NCBI GenBank assembly: GCA_964460075.1
Contig: CAYWPC010000008.1
Coordinates: forward strand, 19,872 to 83,871
DNA length: 64,000 nt
From: an uncultured Acidimicrobiaceae bacterium
GTDB lineage: Bacteria; Actinomycetota; Acidimicrobiia; Spongiisociales; UBA5794
Direction of reading: 5' to 3'
The position numbers were made by a program, and so were the translations under genes. Below the pieces are notes generated by a model, which saw only the letters and a program-made list of their open reading frames with translations, made no database searches and was not told the DNA's origin. Positions 40,682 to 50,094 of the stretch are shown here, one piece after another. How positions within the stretch are numbered: position 1 is the stretch's first letter; each line of letters opens with the position of its first letter.

Positions 40682-40757
40682 CACCCCGATCTGGACTCTT
40701 GCGTAGATAGCCGCAACATGTTGCGGCTATCTACGCAAGACACCGGGGAGAGTGTGC
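40682..40757 (+). repeat. REP-like palindromic element, copy B (44-bp perfect palindrome at 40697-40740)
   Basis: Identical to copy A except for one fewer G in the G-run. Confidence 0.95.
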
Positions 40758-40761
40758 GGTC

Positions 40762-41814
40762 CTAGGTGGCTGATCCGCTGAGATCACCGGGTTGGCCATA
40801 TCTCCGCCTGAACACCACGTAGGCGGCAGCACCAGCCGGGATCGGGAGCCAGAACTGGAACACCCTGTATGCAAGGGTCGCAAGAGCCGCGTCGGGGCCA
40901 GGGATGCCCGCCGCTATCAGCATCGCGGTGAGCCCGACCTCGACGAAGCCCAGACCGCCTGGCGTGATTGGGATCATGCCGAGAACTGCGGAGCCAGCAA
41001 ACGCCACAAGCACAAGGCTAGCCCTCGGGTTCGCACCCACTGCGTAGAGCGCTACGACGAGGACCATGTAGTCGAGCACCCAGTTCAGAACCGCTGCAAC
41101 GAGTGCCTTCGGCCACCGCTTTCCTAGCGCTTTCACCACCTCGTTGCGGTGGTTGAGAAACCCTTGGGCGGAGAGTTCCCAGTCCTTCTGAAGCCGAGAG
41201 CCAAGCCGCATCCCAAAGGCTTCGACTATGCCTCCAACGAAGAGGAGAGGCCTGTCGTGTTTCACGATCGCGAACACTGCGGCGAACATGACGACGAACA
41301 ACGCACCACCTGCAACCGCGACCGGAAGCAGGTCTTGGGGAATCGGCGCCGACAGCGCCGCGAGGGTCAACGCGACCACCGGAAGCGAGAAGAGAACAAG
41401 ATTCGATATGAACGACACCGCAGCGAGCGCGGCCGCCGCCTGGCCCCTCGGAACGCCAGACGCAGAGAGCATCTGGAAATACGTAGCGCCAGCGGCGACA
41501 ACGCCACCGGGCACAACCTTCGCGAGAGCATTCGAGACGAGTTGGCTCGTGGCTGCCAGGAAACGAGAGATGTCTGGCACCGCGATGTGTGTCAACTCCC
41601 ATGCCGCAGCGAACGCCCCGGCCATGAGAACAGCCATCAGCGCGAACCAGTACCAGTAGATCCCTGAGAGATCGTCGGCAGACGACATGAAATCCACCAA
41701 CTTGGGCCACAGGATGTACAGAACCACGATCGACACAAGGAGGGAGAGTGACCGGATGAGAACGGTCTTCCACGCGAGCGTGCGGAATACTTGTTGCTGT
41801 GGTTTGTCGTTCAT
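40762..41814 (-). CDS. Lysylphosphatidylglycerol synthase TM-domain (flippase-like) protein
   Basis: VPGG, IPITPGGLGFVE, LAYRVFQFWLP; polytopic. Confidence 0.85.
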   Translation of the reverse strand: MNDKPQQQVFRTLAWKTVLIRSLSLLVSIVVLYILWPKLVDFMSSADDLSGIYWYWFALMAVLMAGAFAAAWELTHIAVPDISRFLAATSQLVSNALAKVVPGGVVAAGATYFQMLSASGVPRGQAAAALAAVSFISNLVLFSLPVVALTLAALSAPIPQDLLPVAVAGGALFVVMFAAVFAIVKHDRPLLFVGGIVEAFGMRLGSRLQKDWELSAQGFLNHRNEVVKALGKRWPKALVAAVLNWVLDYMVLVVALYAVGANPRASLVLVAFAGSAVLGMIPITPGGLGFVEVGLTAMLIAAGIPGPDAALATLAYRVFQFWLPIPAGAAAYVVFRRRYGQPGDLSGSAT

Positions 41815-42009
41815 GAAGCGATCGGTTGCGGTTTAGGCGCTCAATCTAACCAACTGAACGAGTGCACTCGGCAATCCTGTCGTCACACGGCCGAAGGTAT
41901 GCACGGCAATTCGCCGGTGAGCCTCGCACGACGAGCACCTTCACCCCATCGAGGCTTGCCAGCCGGCCTGGCACACCGCGCTACTCCACAAACGAGAGCC
42001 AACGCCGGC

Positions 42010-42705
42010 TCATGCACGGTCGATCGCAGGAGTTTCCAGTGGCGTGATCAGGTCAACAGTGTCGTTTTGCACCTTGTTGACCAACGTGGAGACTGCATGC
42101 CTCTTCATGAGTTCGGCTGGATACGCGCTCATCAGTTCCCTCAGTAGCGACACATCGGTGATCGACGGGTCAAGCCAGGTATCCCACCGATCAGGAGGAA
42201 GAATCACTGGCATCCGGTCGTGGATCTTCTCGAGCAATGGATTGGGCTGCCCCGTGAGGATCGTGCACGTCAACAACTGTTCCTCGGTCTCTGGGTCATG
42301 CCACGATGACCATATGCCCGCAACGGGGAGCGGCATTCCATCGACCGCGTATATGTAGTGGGGAAGCTTCCCTTTCGCCATTCGTTGCCATTCGTAGAAT
42401 CCATCGATCGGGATCAGGCATCGCCGCTGTGCGAATGAGCTCCTGAACATGGGTTTGTCTGCAACCGTCTCCGATCTCGCATTGATCGTGCGCGCACCAA
42501 TCTTGGCTTCCTTGGCCCACGACGGGATGAGACCCCAGCGCAACGTCGTCAACACACGGGCTCCTTCGTGCACAGCAACCGCATATATCCGCTTCGTGGG
42601 AGCAACGTTGTAGCTCTGCTTCAACGTCTCCGTTCGAACGAATTGCGCACCAAAATGCTCAGCGTAGAATTCGGGTTTCTCAACTTGAACGAAGCGTCCG
42701 CACAT
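42010..42705 (-). CDS. SRAP family abasic-site protein (YedK/HMCES)
   Basis: MCGRF N-terminus, YNVAPT, WGLIPSW, INARSET, GFYEW, IHDRMPVIL. Confidence 0.93.
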   Translation of the reverse strand: MCGRFVQVEKPEFYAEHFGAQFVRTETLKQSYNVAPTKRIYAVAVHEGARVLTTLRWGLIPSWAKEAKIGARTINARSETVADKPMFRSSFAQRRCLIPIDGFYEWQRMAKGKLPHYIYAVDGMPLPVAGIWSSWHDPETEEQLLTCTILTGQPNPLLEKIHDRMPVILPPDRWDTWLDPSITDVSLLRELMSAYPAELMKRHAVSTLVNKVQNDTVDLITPLETPAIDRA

Positions 42706-42795
42706 GACCACATTGTGCCAGACGTCTTCGACACCGATGACGGACCACCGTGCAGCGGTTCAAGGTTCCGACCATATCCACCGATGCTTCTGGGC

Positions 42796-43713
42796 ATGAC
42801 ATCTGCGATCTCCTTCTCCTCCGTCCATAAATCCTTTGGCGAGGTCCACGCACTCGACGACGTCGCATTCGACGCACCGGCAGGATCCGTCACTGTCCTA
42901 CTTGGACCGAATGGAGCAGGAAAGTCCACTGCCGTCCGCCTCACGACCGGTGCTCTCGTCGCTGATAGCGGAGCCGTCAGAGTCCTCGGACTCGACCCGC
43001 TCACAGATGGTGATGAGGTCCGGTCACGTGTCGGAGTCGTACCACCGAAGCCGTCGTTCTATGACAGCCTGTCCGGCTGGGAGAATCTTCAGTTCGCTGC
43101 AACCATCTTCATGAGCGACGAAGACCGTGCCCGCTCTGCAGCCAGGAAGTTCGCAATCGACGGCGAACTCGACCGAGCTGTCGGTGGATATTCGACGGGA
43201 ATGCGCACGCGGCTCGCACTGGCACGTGCGCTCGTGCACGATCCTGAGGTACTCATGCTGGACGAGCCAACAGCCGGGCTCGACCCTGAGTCGGCAAGGG
43301 CAGTTCTTGAGATGGTCACAGAGCTCGCCGAAACGGGACGAACGATCGTCATGTGCACGCATCTTCTACACGAGGCCGAAGGGATCGCAGACCACGTGGT
43401 CCTCATGGATCGTGGTCGAGTGCGGGCGCATGGCGGACCCATCGAACTCGCTAGGCACTACATGCCAGATCCGATCGTCATCGTCGACGCCGAGAACCGA
43501 GCCTCGCTCGAGTTCCTTGCAGAACTCGAAGGGATCATCACGGTACGTACCGACGGCGTCGCCTACGTGACGATCGACTCTCTGGATCGGGTACCCGAGA
43601 TTGTGATCGAGATGGTCAGGAGAGGCGCACGTCCTACGAGAATCGAGCCGATCGATCCAACCCTTGAGGACCTCTACTTCGAGATGCAGCGAACACACCG
43701 AGGTGAGCCGTGA
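42796..43713 (+). CDS. ABC transporter ATP-binding protein
   Basis: GPNGAGKS, YSTGM, LDEPTAGLDP. Confidence 0.92.
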   Translation: MTSAISFSSVHKSFGEVHALDDVAFDAPAGSVTVLLGPNGAGKSTAVRLTTGALVADSGAVRVLGLDPLTDGDEVRSRVGVVPPKPSFYDSLSGWENLQFAATIFMSDEDRARSAARKFAIDGELDRAVGGYSTGMRTRLALARALVHDPEVLMLDEPTAGLDPESARAVLEMVTELAETGRTIVMCTHLLHEAEGIADHVVLMDRGRVRAHGGPIELARHYMPDPIVIVDAENRASLEFLAELEGIITVRTDGVAYVTIDSLDRVPEIVIEMVRRGARPTRIEPIDPTLEDLYFEMQRTHRGEP

Positions 43714-44534
43714 GATGGACGATGGTCAAGGTGATCATGAGGACAGACCTGGCTCGCCTTGTAAGGACACGGGACTATTGGATACCTCTGGTGATCCTGG
43801 GTGGCATGTTCTTTGTGATTCTACCTGCCACGCTGCTCGGGGCACTTTCGTTCGTGCGTCAGGGTTCCCTCGTCGCCCAGATCAGCGAAATAGTCAGCAC
43901 CCTCCCGAGCACGATCCGCGCCAACATTCAGGGTGACAGCCCGACAACACAGGCCTCATACGCCTTTGCTGTGTACCTGCTGGCACCGATCGCGATCGTC
44001 GTTCCGCTGACGATCTCGTCGGCTATCGGGGCGAACTCGATCGTTGGCGAGCGAGAGCGCGGCACGGGTGAGTTCCTGGCGCACAGTCCGCTGACGGTCG
44101 AAGAGATCTACGTCGGGAAGCTCCTCGCAAGCCTTCTCCCTGGATATGGCGCAGGAATCGTCGGCTTCGGTTTCTACTCGATCGTCGTGAACCTCATCGT
44201 TGGGTCTCAGCTTGGACGATGGTTCTTCCCTACGGCCGGATGGTGGATTCTTGTGGTGTGGGTAGTGCCACCATTCATCGCGATCGCTCTGACACTGATC
44301 ATCCGGCTATCGGCACGTGTTCGCTCAGCTGCATCAGCACAACAGGCGTCGAGCCTCGTGACGCTGCCCGTGATCATCGTGTCCTACGCTGTTGCGACCG
44401 GTCTCATCTACAGCCCCGTTATGTCTGCGATCCTTGTGGGGCTGATCGCGTGGATCGCCGTTGGCCTCTTGTTGGCTTCCGGTTCCAAGTCGATCCGGCG
44501 CGAGCGTCTTGTCGGCCTCTCCTCCGATTCCTGA
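43710..44534 (+). CDS. ABC-2 type permease
   Basis: SIVGERERGTGEFL...GK; GTGA overlap. Confidence 0.88.
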   Translation: MRWTMVKVIMRTDLARLVRTRDYWIPLVILGGMFFVILPATLLGALSFVRQGSLVAQISEIVSTLPSTIRANIQGDSPTTQASYAFAVYLLAPIAIVVPLTISSAIGANSIVGERERGTGEFLAHSPLTVEEIYVGKLLASLLPGYGAGIVGFGFYSIVVNLIVGSQLGRWFFPTAGWWILVVWVVPPFIAIALTLIIRLSARVRSAASAQQASSLVTLPVIIVSYAVATGLIYSPVMSAILVGLIAWIAVGLLLASGSKSIRRERLVGLSSDS

Positions 44535-44554
44535 GGATGGTCACATCGGACGGC

Positions 44555-45070
44555 TCACTCCCCTGGCACCAGCCGTAACTCCAATAGCAGAGTTGAGACA
44601 AATCGTCCGTTCTTCCTACCTACTTCGTCGAGAACCCCGACATCCTTGAATGCGAGCCGGTGGTGCAGCGCAATGCTTGCCTCGTTCGGTAGTGCCACGA
44701 TTGCGTAGCAGCGATGCATTCCCTTCGCCGCAAGGTCGTCGATCAGTTCCTTATACAGGAGCGATCCCACTCCGCTTCCGATCGCGCACTCTGCGAGCAC
44801 AATCGTCGTCTCGACCGATGTCGCGTATGCAGCCTTACTGCGCCACGGCCCAGACCACGAAGCGCCGATCACGACACCGCCACGCTCGGCGACAAGAACG
44901 GCATAGCCGTGGGCGCTGCGCTCTTGGAACCACTGACTTCTCTCATCATCGGTCCACGGCTCCGTATCGAACGACACATGTGACGTCGCGATGTAGACGT
45001 TGTAGATTCGGTTGATCGCAGGCACATCATCAGCAGCTGCTGGCCGAATCTGAAAATCGAGGGCTGTCAC
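44555..45070 (-). CDS. GNAT N-acetyltransferase (phosphinothricin acetyltransferase-like)
   Basis: IYNVYI, GSGVGSLLY, PNEASIALH, VGRKNGR. Confidence 0.88.
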   Translation of the reverse strand: MTALDFQIRPAAADDVPAINRIYNVYIATSHVSFDTEPWTDDERSQWFQERSAHGYAVLVAERGGVVIGASWSGPWRSKAAYATSVETTIVLAECAIGSGVGSLLYKELIDDLAAKGMHRCYAIVALPNEASIALHHRLAFKDVGVLDEVGRKNGRFVSTLLLELRLVPGE

Positions 45071-45894
45071 GCGGGAGTTCGCTGTCGCTTGCGCTTTCGT
45101 TTCGATCCTCCGCTAGCCGGCGACTCCCATTTGAAGAACCTGATGGCGAGACCAGTGGCCGCGACACCCCACACAAGCATGTATCCGAGACTCGCCCAAT
45201 CCCATCCCGATCCCGTGTATGTGGGGTTGAAAGCAGTCGAGAATGGCTCGACGAAATGCTTGAGCGGAAAGATGTCAGCAATCGTGTCCAGCCATGCAGG
45301 GGCGTCACCAGATGGCGCAAAGAACACGCCACTGATGAACGACAGTGGCAGCAGCGTCGCGTTGGTAACCGCCGTGGCTCCTTCTCCAGATGAGACGAGA
45401 GCAGCTATGAGAAGGCCCAGTGCAGCGAATGTTCCAACACCGATCAGGAACGTCACGATGGCTGCAGGCAGCGTGCGCGCGTAGATTTCGACCCCATAGA
45501 ACGCAACGCCGATCGCCATCATGACAACAACCGAAAGCACGGCGATCTCGACCGCACTGACGATCTTGCCCCCCATGTACACGAAGGGAGGCAACGGTGT
45601 GCCACGCACTCTCTTGAGAATGCCCTGGTCGCGCTGATACGCAGTCATCGTTGCGATGTTCGTGTACGTGGCCGACACTGCAGCGAACACCGCCATTGCA
45701 GGTGCGTAGTACTGGGCGGTTGTGACGCCGAGAGCGTCGATGACGTCGTTTCCGAAGACCAGGGCGAAGACGACGAAGATCATCAGCGGAAAGAAGATCG
45801 TGAAGAACGCCGCTGTCGGTGTCCTAAAAAATATTGCGTTTTGGTATCGATTCTGTGTCACGAGAAGCGACGCCAGAGATCGGCGGTCACTCAT
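45067..45894 (-). CDS. ABC-2 type permease
   Basis: FFTIFFP, RDQGILKRVRGTP, SGVFF, FPLKH. Confidence 0.88.
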   Translation of the reverse strand: MSDRRSLASLLVTQNRYQNAIFFRTPTAAFFTIFFPLMIFVVFALVFGNDVIDALGVTTAQYYAPAMAVFAAVSATYTNIATMTAYQRDQGILKRVRGTPLPPFVYMGGKIVSAVEIAVLSVVVMMAIGVAFYGVEIYARTLPAAIVTFLIGVGTFAALGLLIAALVSSGEGATAVTNATLLPLSFISGVFFAPSGDAPAWLDTIADIFPLKHFVEPFSTAFNPTYTGSGWDWASLGYMLVWGVAATGLAIRFFKWESPASGGSKRKRKRQRTPA

Positions 45895-46789
45895 GGGCAT
45901 CACCTCCCGTGAGTTCCAGGTACACATCCTCGAGAGATGGCCTCGTCACGGAGAGATCTCTGAGCTCTGTGCCGCGCTCGATCGCCCAGCCAGTGATTGT
46001 GTGCAAGTCACGGGTGGGGTTGTCCGATCGGATCTCGACGCGACTTTTCTCGCCGACTCTTGGGTCGAGAAATGGCAGCCCGTCGAGAGATACGCCACTG
46101 ACGACGAACCGAATAAGCGTCTTGGCTGCCTGGCGGTCACCCAGTGACTCGGGAGTTCCCTCGGCGACGATCACCCCATTGGCGATTACAGCGACGCGGT
46201 TGGCAAGGACTTGGGCTTCGTCCATGTAGTGCGTTGTAAGCAACACGGTCTTGCCGAGTGACGTCAGATTCTGAACGATCGACCATGCTTGTCGACGCGC
46301 CGAAGGGTCGAAGCCTGTTGTCGGCTCGTCAAGGAAGATCAGATCGGGATCACCAACGATGCCGAGAGCAAGCTCCAGGCGCCGACGCTGCCCCCCCGAT
46401 AGCGTCTTGATTCGTGCGTCCGACTTCTCTTCTAGGCCGACGATCTCGATCAGTTCCCCCGTTGGACGGCGCTTCGGATACATCGACCCGTATATGTCGA
46501 TCGCTTCGGTGACGGTGAGCTGTTCCTCGACGGCTGTCTCCTGGAGGACGATTCCTATTCGCTCCCTGTAGTTCCTGTCTCGCGCTGTGGGGTCGAATCC
46601 CAACACAGAAACAGAACCTGACGTCCTACAACGGTGCCCTTCGAGGATCTCGACAGTTGTCGATTTGCCTGCACCATTCGGCCCGAGTAGTGCGAACACT
46701 TCGCCCGGATCGACCTGCAGGCTAATTCCCCTCACGGCATGCACGTCACCGTAGGATTTAACGAGCTTCTCGACGCTGATGACTGCCAT
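45887..46789 (-). CDS. ABC transporter ATP-binding protein
   Basis: GPNGAGKST, LSGGQ, FLDEPTTGFDP, TTHYMDEA. Confidence 0.92.
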   Translation of the reverse strand: MAVISVEKLVKSYGDVHAVRGISLQVDPGEVFALLGPNGAGKSTTVEILEGHRCRTSGSVSVLGFDPTARDRNYRERIGIVLQETAVEEQLTVTEAIDIYGSMYPKRRPTGELIEIVGLEEKSDARIKTLSGGQRRRLELALGIVGDPDLIFLDEPTTGFDPSARRQAWSIVQNLTSLGKTVLLTTHYMDEAQVLANRVAVIANGVIVAEGTPESLGDRQAAKTLIRFVVSGVSLDGLPFLDPRVGEKSRVEIRSDNPTRDLHTITGWAIERGTELRDLSVTRPSLEDVYLELTGGDAHE

Positions 46790-46863
46790 AGGCAGGTAGT
46801 AGAGCAGGTTCGCGATCCCAATCAAACGCCGTCGGCGAAAACCGCAGGTATCTCCGTCCGGCC

Positions 46864-46912
46864 GAAACACTACTGAAACCGGATCGTTGCGAATCTGTAA
46901 CCGGTGAGTAAC
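46864..46912 (+). promoter_or_regulatory. Putative GlnR boxes upstream of amtB
   Basis: GAAAC, GAAAC, GTTGC, GTAAC and GTAAC at an exact 11-bp period (46864, 46875, 46886, 46897, 46908). Confidence 0.75.
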
Positions 46913-46970
46913 AACGGTGCAATACGGCGTGCGTACCTTCGAGCTGACACTGCCAACCCAAGAGGTACAC

Positions 46971-48338
46971 ATGAAACAGCGCATCGTGGTGATGGTGGGC
47001 GCGGTAACGCTCCTCGTCACGGGACCCTTGGCGACCAGTGCCCTTGCACAAGGCACCCCATCAGTCGTGGAAGTGAGCTCGTCGCTCGATGCAGTCTGGC
47101 TCTTCATTGCCGCGACCCTTGTCATGTTCATGCAGGCAGGTTTTGCATTCGTTGAGGCAGGGTTCACCGAGGCAAAGAATGCGGGCAACATCATCATGAA
47201 GAACCTCATGGACTTCTCGGTTGGTGGGCTGGTGTATTGGGCGTTCGGATTCGCCTTCGCGTACGGTGGATCATCCGTAGGTGGGTTCATCGGATACGGA
47301 GACGTCTGGTTCTTCAATGATCCGTCAAGGGCAGGCGAATGGTTCTTTCAGGTCGTGTTCGCCGCAGTCGCAGCGACGATCGTTTCTGGAGCGGTCGCAG
47401 GCAGAGTGAGGTTCTCGGCGTACCTCGTGTACACGACGCTCTTCACAGGGCTCGTGTATCCGATCGCCTCGCACTGGGCTTGGGGTGGCGGCTGGCTGTC
47501 CACGATCGGGTTCTTCGACTTCGCCGGCTCAGGCGTGGTCCACATGCTCGGTGGTGTCGCAGCACTAGCCGGAGCGATCGTCGTCGGCCCTCGGATCGGT
47601 AAGTACACCTCAGATGGCAAGCCGAAACTCATCCAAGGGCACTCAGTCACTCACGGCGCCCTCGGCGTGTTCATCTTGTGGTTTGGGTGGTACGGATTCA
47701 ACGCGGGATCCACGTTCGCGGCGGTTGGCCAGGACATTGCAACACCTGCGGTCACAACGACGCTCGCAGCATCTGCCGGAGCAGTGGCGGCGATGATCAC
47801 TGCTTGGATGCTGAGGGGAAGGCCCGATGTGGGTTTCTCGCTCAACGGAGTGCTCGCCGGGTTGGTCGGCGTGACCGCTGGTGCCGCGAGCCTCTCGTTC
47901 GGGGCCGCGGTCGTGACCGGCCTCGTCGCAGGAGTGATCATGGTGTTCTCCACGATCTTTATCGAACGAATCGGCATCGACGACCCTGTCGGTGCGATCT
48001 CGGTGCACGGCGCCGCTGGCCTGTGGGGACTGATCGCGGTTGGGCTGTTCACTGGCGATGCGGCTATCGGGACACAGCTCGTCGGGGCGTTTGCGATAAT
48101 CGGTTGGGCGTTCGGGGCCTCGTATGGCGTGTTCAGAGCTATCGATCTCACGATCGGTGTACGTGTCTCACCGGAGGAGGAGAGGATGGGTCTCGACAAT
48201 TCGGAGCATGGGGGATCGGCGTATCCGGAGTTCGTCTTTCGGGATCAGACAACAGATTTGCCTGACACCGTCGAGTCCTCCGATGTCGGCTCCCCGAGTG
48301 ATCTGTTTAGTCGAGGTAGAGGCTCGGCCTCTCCCTGA
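46971..48338 (+). CDS. amtB: Ammonium transporter
   Basis: MQAGFAFVEAG, DFAGSGVVH, WFGWYGFNAGS, DDPVGAISVH; GAGG RBS. Confidence 0.95.
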   Translation: MKQRIVVMVGAVTLLVTGPLATSALAQGTPSVVEVSSSLDAVWLFIAATLVMFMQAGFAFVEAGFTEAKNAGNIIMKNLMDFSVGGLVYWAFGFAFAYGGSSVGGFIGYGDVWFFNDPSRAGEWFFQVVFAAVAATIVSGAVAGRVRFSAYLVYTTLFTGLVYPIASHWAWGGGWLSTIGFFDFAGSGVVHMLGGVAALAGAIVVGPRIGKYTSDGKPKLIQGHSVTHGALGVFILWFGWYGFNAGSTFAAVGQDIATPAVTTTLAASAGAVAAMITAWMLRGRPDVGFSLNGVLAGLVGVTAGAASLSFGAAVVTGLVAGVIMVFSTIFIERIGIDDPVGAISVHGAAGLWGLIAVGLFTGDAAIGTQLVGAFAIIGWAFGASYGVFRAIDLTIGVRVSPEEERMGLDNSEHGGSAYPEFVFRDQTTDLPDTVESSDVGSPSDLFSRGRGSASP

Positions 48339-49179
48339 TCCCCCCAAAGGCGAGTTCGTCGCAGAGTGCATCGAACAACCCGCGACGGACGCCTCTCCAC
48401 ATCAGATCTTCGAGTGTCTCTGGAATGTCGGCATCGGTGCGCAGCGTTGCGAGATCCCGGTACAGCAGGGCTGCCTCCATGTTGTGCCGCAGCGTCTGAG
48501 CCAGCGTGCTAGCTGATCGCACCTTCACATCCCAATCCTCTTCGTTCGCAGGGATTCGATCGAGGTGCCCGTACCGAGCGAGCATCGTCCCCGTCGACTT
48601 GGCACCCCAGCCGGACAAACCAGGAATGCCGTCCGCCGTGTCACCAACCAGCGCGAGATAGTCAGGGATCGACGCTGGCGAGACTCCGAACTTCTCCCTC
48701 ACGTCATCCGCATTGATAAACGCACCCCTCCTGCGATCAAATCCAACGATCTTCGGGTTTCCGTACAGCTGCGCCATGTCCTTGTCGGGACTCATGACCA
48801 CGACACGATCTGCCACAGGAGCAAACTTCATCGCTGCCGCGGCAAGCCCGTCGTCTGCCTCCTGTTCGATCATCGACCACACGACGACACCGAGCGCTTC
48901 CATGGCGCGCTCTGCAACGGGGAACTGCGCATGAAGCTCTGGAGGTGTGCCCTCACCGGTCTTGTACCCGTCGAACATGTCGTTGCGGAACGACTCGATA
49001 ACCGAGTCGAACGCAATACCGACGTGTGTAACGCCGTCTTCGGCAAGCAGCGAGAGCATGGACGCCACCAGCCCATGTACGGCACCGATCTCCCATCCTT
49101 CTGCCGTCTGGCGTGGCGGGGCGCCGAAGTGTGCCCTGAAAAGCTCGTAGGTCCCATCGACGAGATGCACAGTGGTCAT
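48307..49179 (-). CDS. Stand-alone 5'-3' exonuclease/flap endonuclease
   Basis: LVDG, FD, YK, EADD, SPDKD, LVGDTADGIPG...GAKS. Confidence 0.9.
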   Translation of the reverse strand: MTTVHLVDGTYELFRAHFGAPPRQTAEGWEIGAVHGLVASMLSLLAEDGVTHVGIAFDSVIESFRNDMFDGYKTGEGTPPELHAQFPVAERAMEALGVVVWSMIEQEADDGLAAAAMKFAPVADRVVVMSPDKDMAQLYGNPKIVGFDRRRGAFINADDVREKFGVSPASIPDYLALVGDTADGIPGLSGWGAKSTGTMLARYGHLDRIPANEEDWDVKVRSASTLAQTLRHNMEAALLYRDLATLRTDADIPETLEDLMWRGVRRGLFDALCDELAFGGIRERPSLYLD

Positions 49180-49212
49180 CCGTCCACACTACCGATCGGG
49201 TAGGTTGCGCAC

Positions 49213-50046
49213 ATGGCAAGCACACTCATGTCACCCCACGACCTCCTCCGCCGAATCGATGATCCAGATACTGTGGTGGTGGACTGTCGGTGGTATCTCG
49301 ACGACCCAGGCGGTGGCCGAAGGATGTACGAGGAAGATCACATACAGGGAGCCTCGTACGTATCTCTCGACGATCACCTGTCAGGACATCACGGGGCGGG
49401 GCGCCATCCTCTGCCCTCCCCAGAGGCGTTCGCAGCAACATGCGTGGCACTTGGCATCAGTGACTCAACAGCGGTCGTCGCCTACGACGATAAGGGAGGG
49501 GCAATTGCGGCGCGCCTGTGGTGGATGTTGATGAACCAGGGACACCGACATGCATACGTTCTGGACGGTGGGCTCCAAGCATGGGTGAGGGCAGGCGGCC
49601 CGATCAACAAATCCGATCCTCCCCAGCGCATGGGTGCGTTCATCGCAAGGGAGTGGTCTGGCACCGTCGAAAGAGGCACGGTCGCGAGCCTGTCGCGTTC
49701 GCACCTGGTGATCGATGCGCGGAGCCACATGCGCTATGTGGGATCGGAGGAACCTGTCGACCCGGTGGCGGGACACATACCCGGTGCTGTGTCAGTGCCG
49801 CTAACCGGTAACCTCAACGATGATCTCACCTTCCTCTCTGCGGACTTGCTCAGGCACCGCTTCGAGACCGTGGGGATCGCAGACGCCAAACACGTGATCT
49901 CCCAATGCGGAAGCGGCGTCACGGCCTGCCACAACATCCTTGCAATGGTTGCGGCAGGAATGGGAACCGCGCAACTGTACGTTGGCTCCTGGAGCGACTG
50001 GTCGTCTTCAGGCCTCCCGGTAGCAACGGGTGCCGCACCAGGCTGA
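49213..50046 (+). CDS. sseA: Tandem rhodanese sulfurtransferase (3-mercaptopyruvate type)
   Basis: HIQGA, GRHPLP, LDGG, GHIPGA, CGSGVTAC, YVGSWSDW. Confidence 0.88.
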   Translation: MASTLMSPHDLLRRIDDPDTVVVDCRWYLDDPGGGRRMYEEDHIQGASYVSLDDHLSGHHGAGRHPLPSPEAFAATCVALGISDSTAVVAYDDKGGAIAARLWWMLMNQGHRHAYVLDGGLQAWVRAGGPINKSDPPQRMGAFIAREWSGTVERGTVASLSRSHLVIDARSHMRYVGSEEPVDPVAGHIPGAVSVPLTGNLNDDLTFLSADLLRHRFETVGIADAKHVISQCGSGVTACHNILAMVAAGMGTAQLYVGSWSDWSSSGLPVATGAAPG

Positions 50047-50094
50047 GACCGTTCTCTGCCTGCCGGCTTGAGGACCCGACACAACGAAGGTTCG

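Noticed and set aside
38594-40757. The palindromic repeats as a CRISPR array or IS ends
   Set aside because: There are only two direct copies 2 kb apart, with no spacer-sized intervals, no cas gene and no transposase
41815-42009. 195-bp intergenic region as a possible ncRNA
   Set aside because: I could not support any recognisable RNA family motif or convincing long stem by eye
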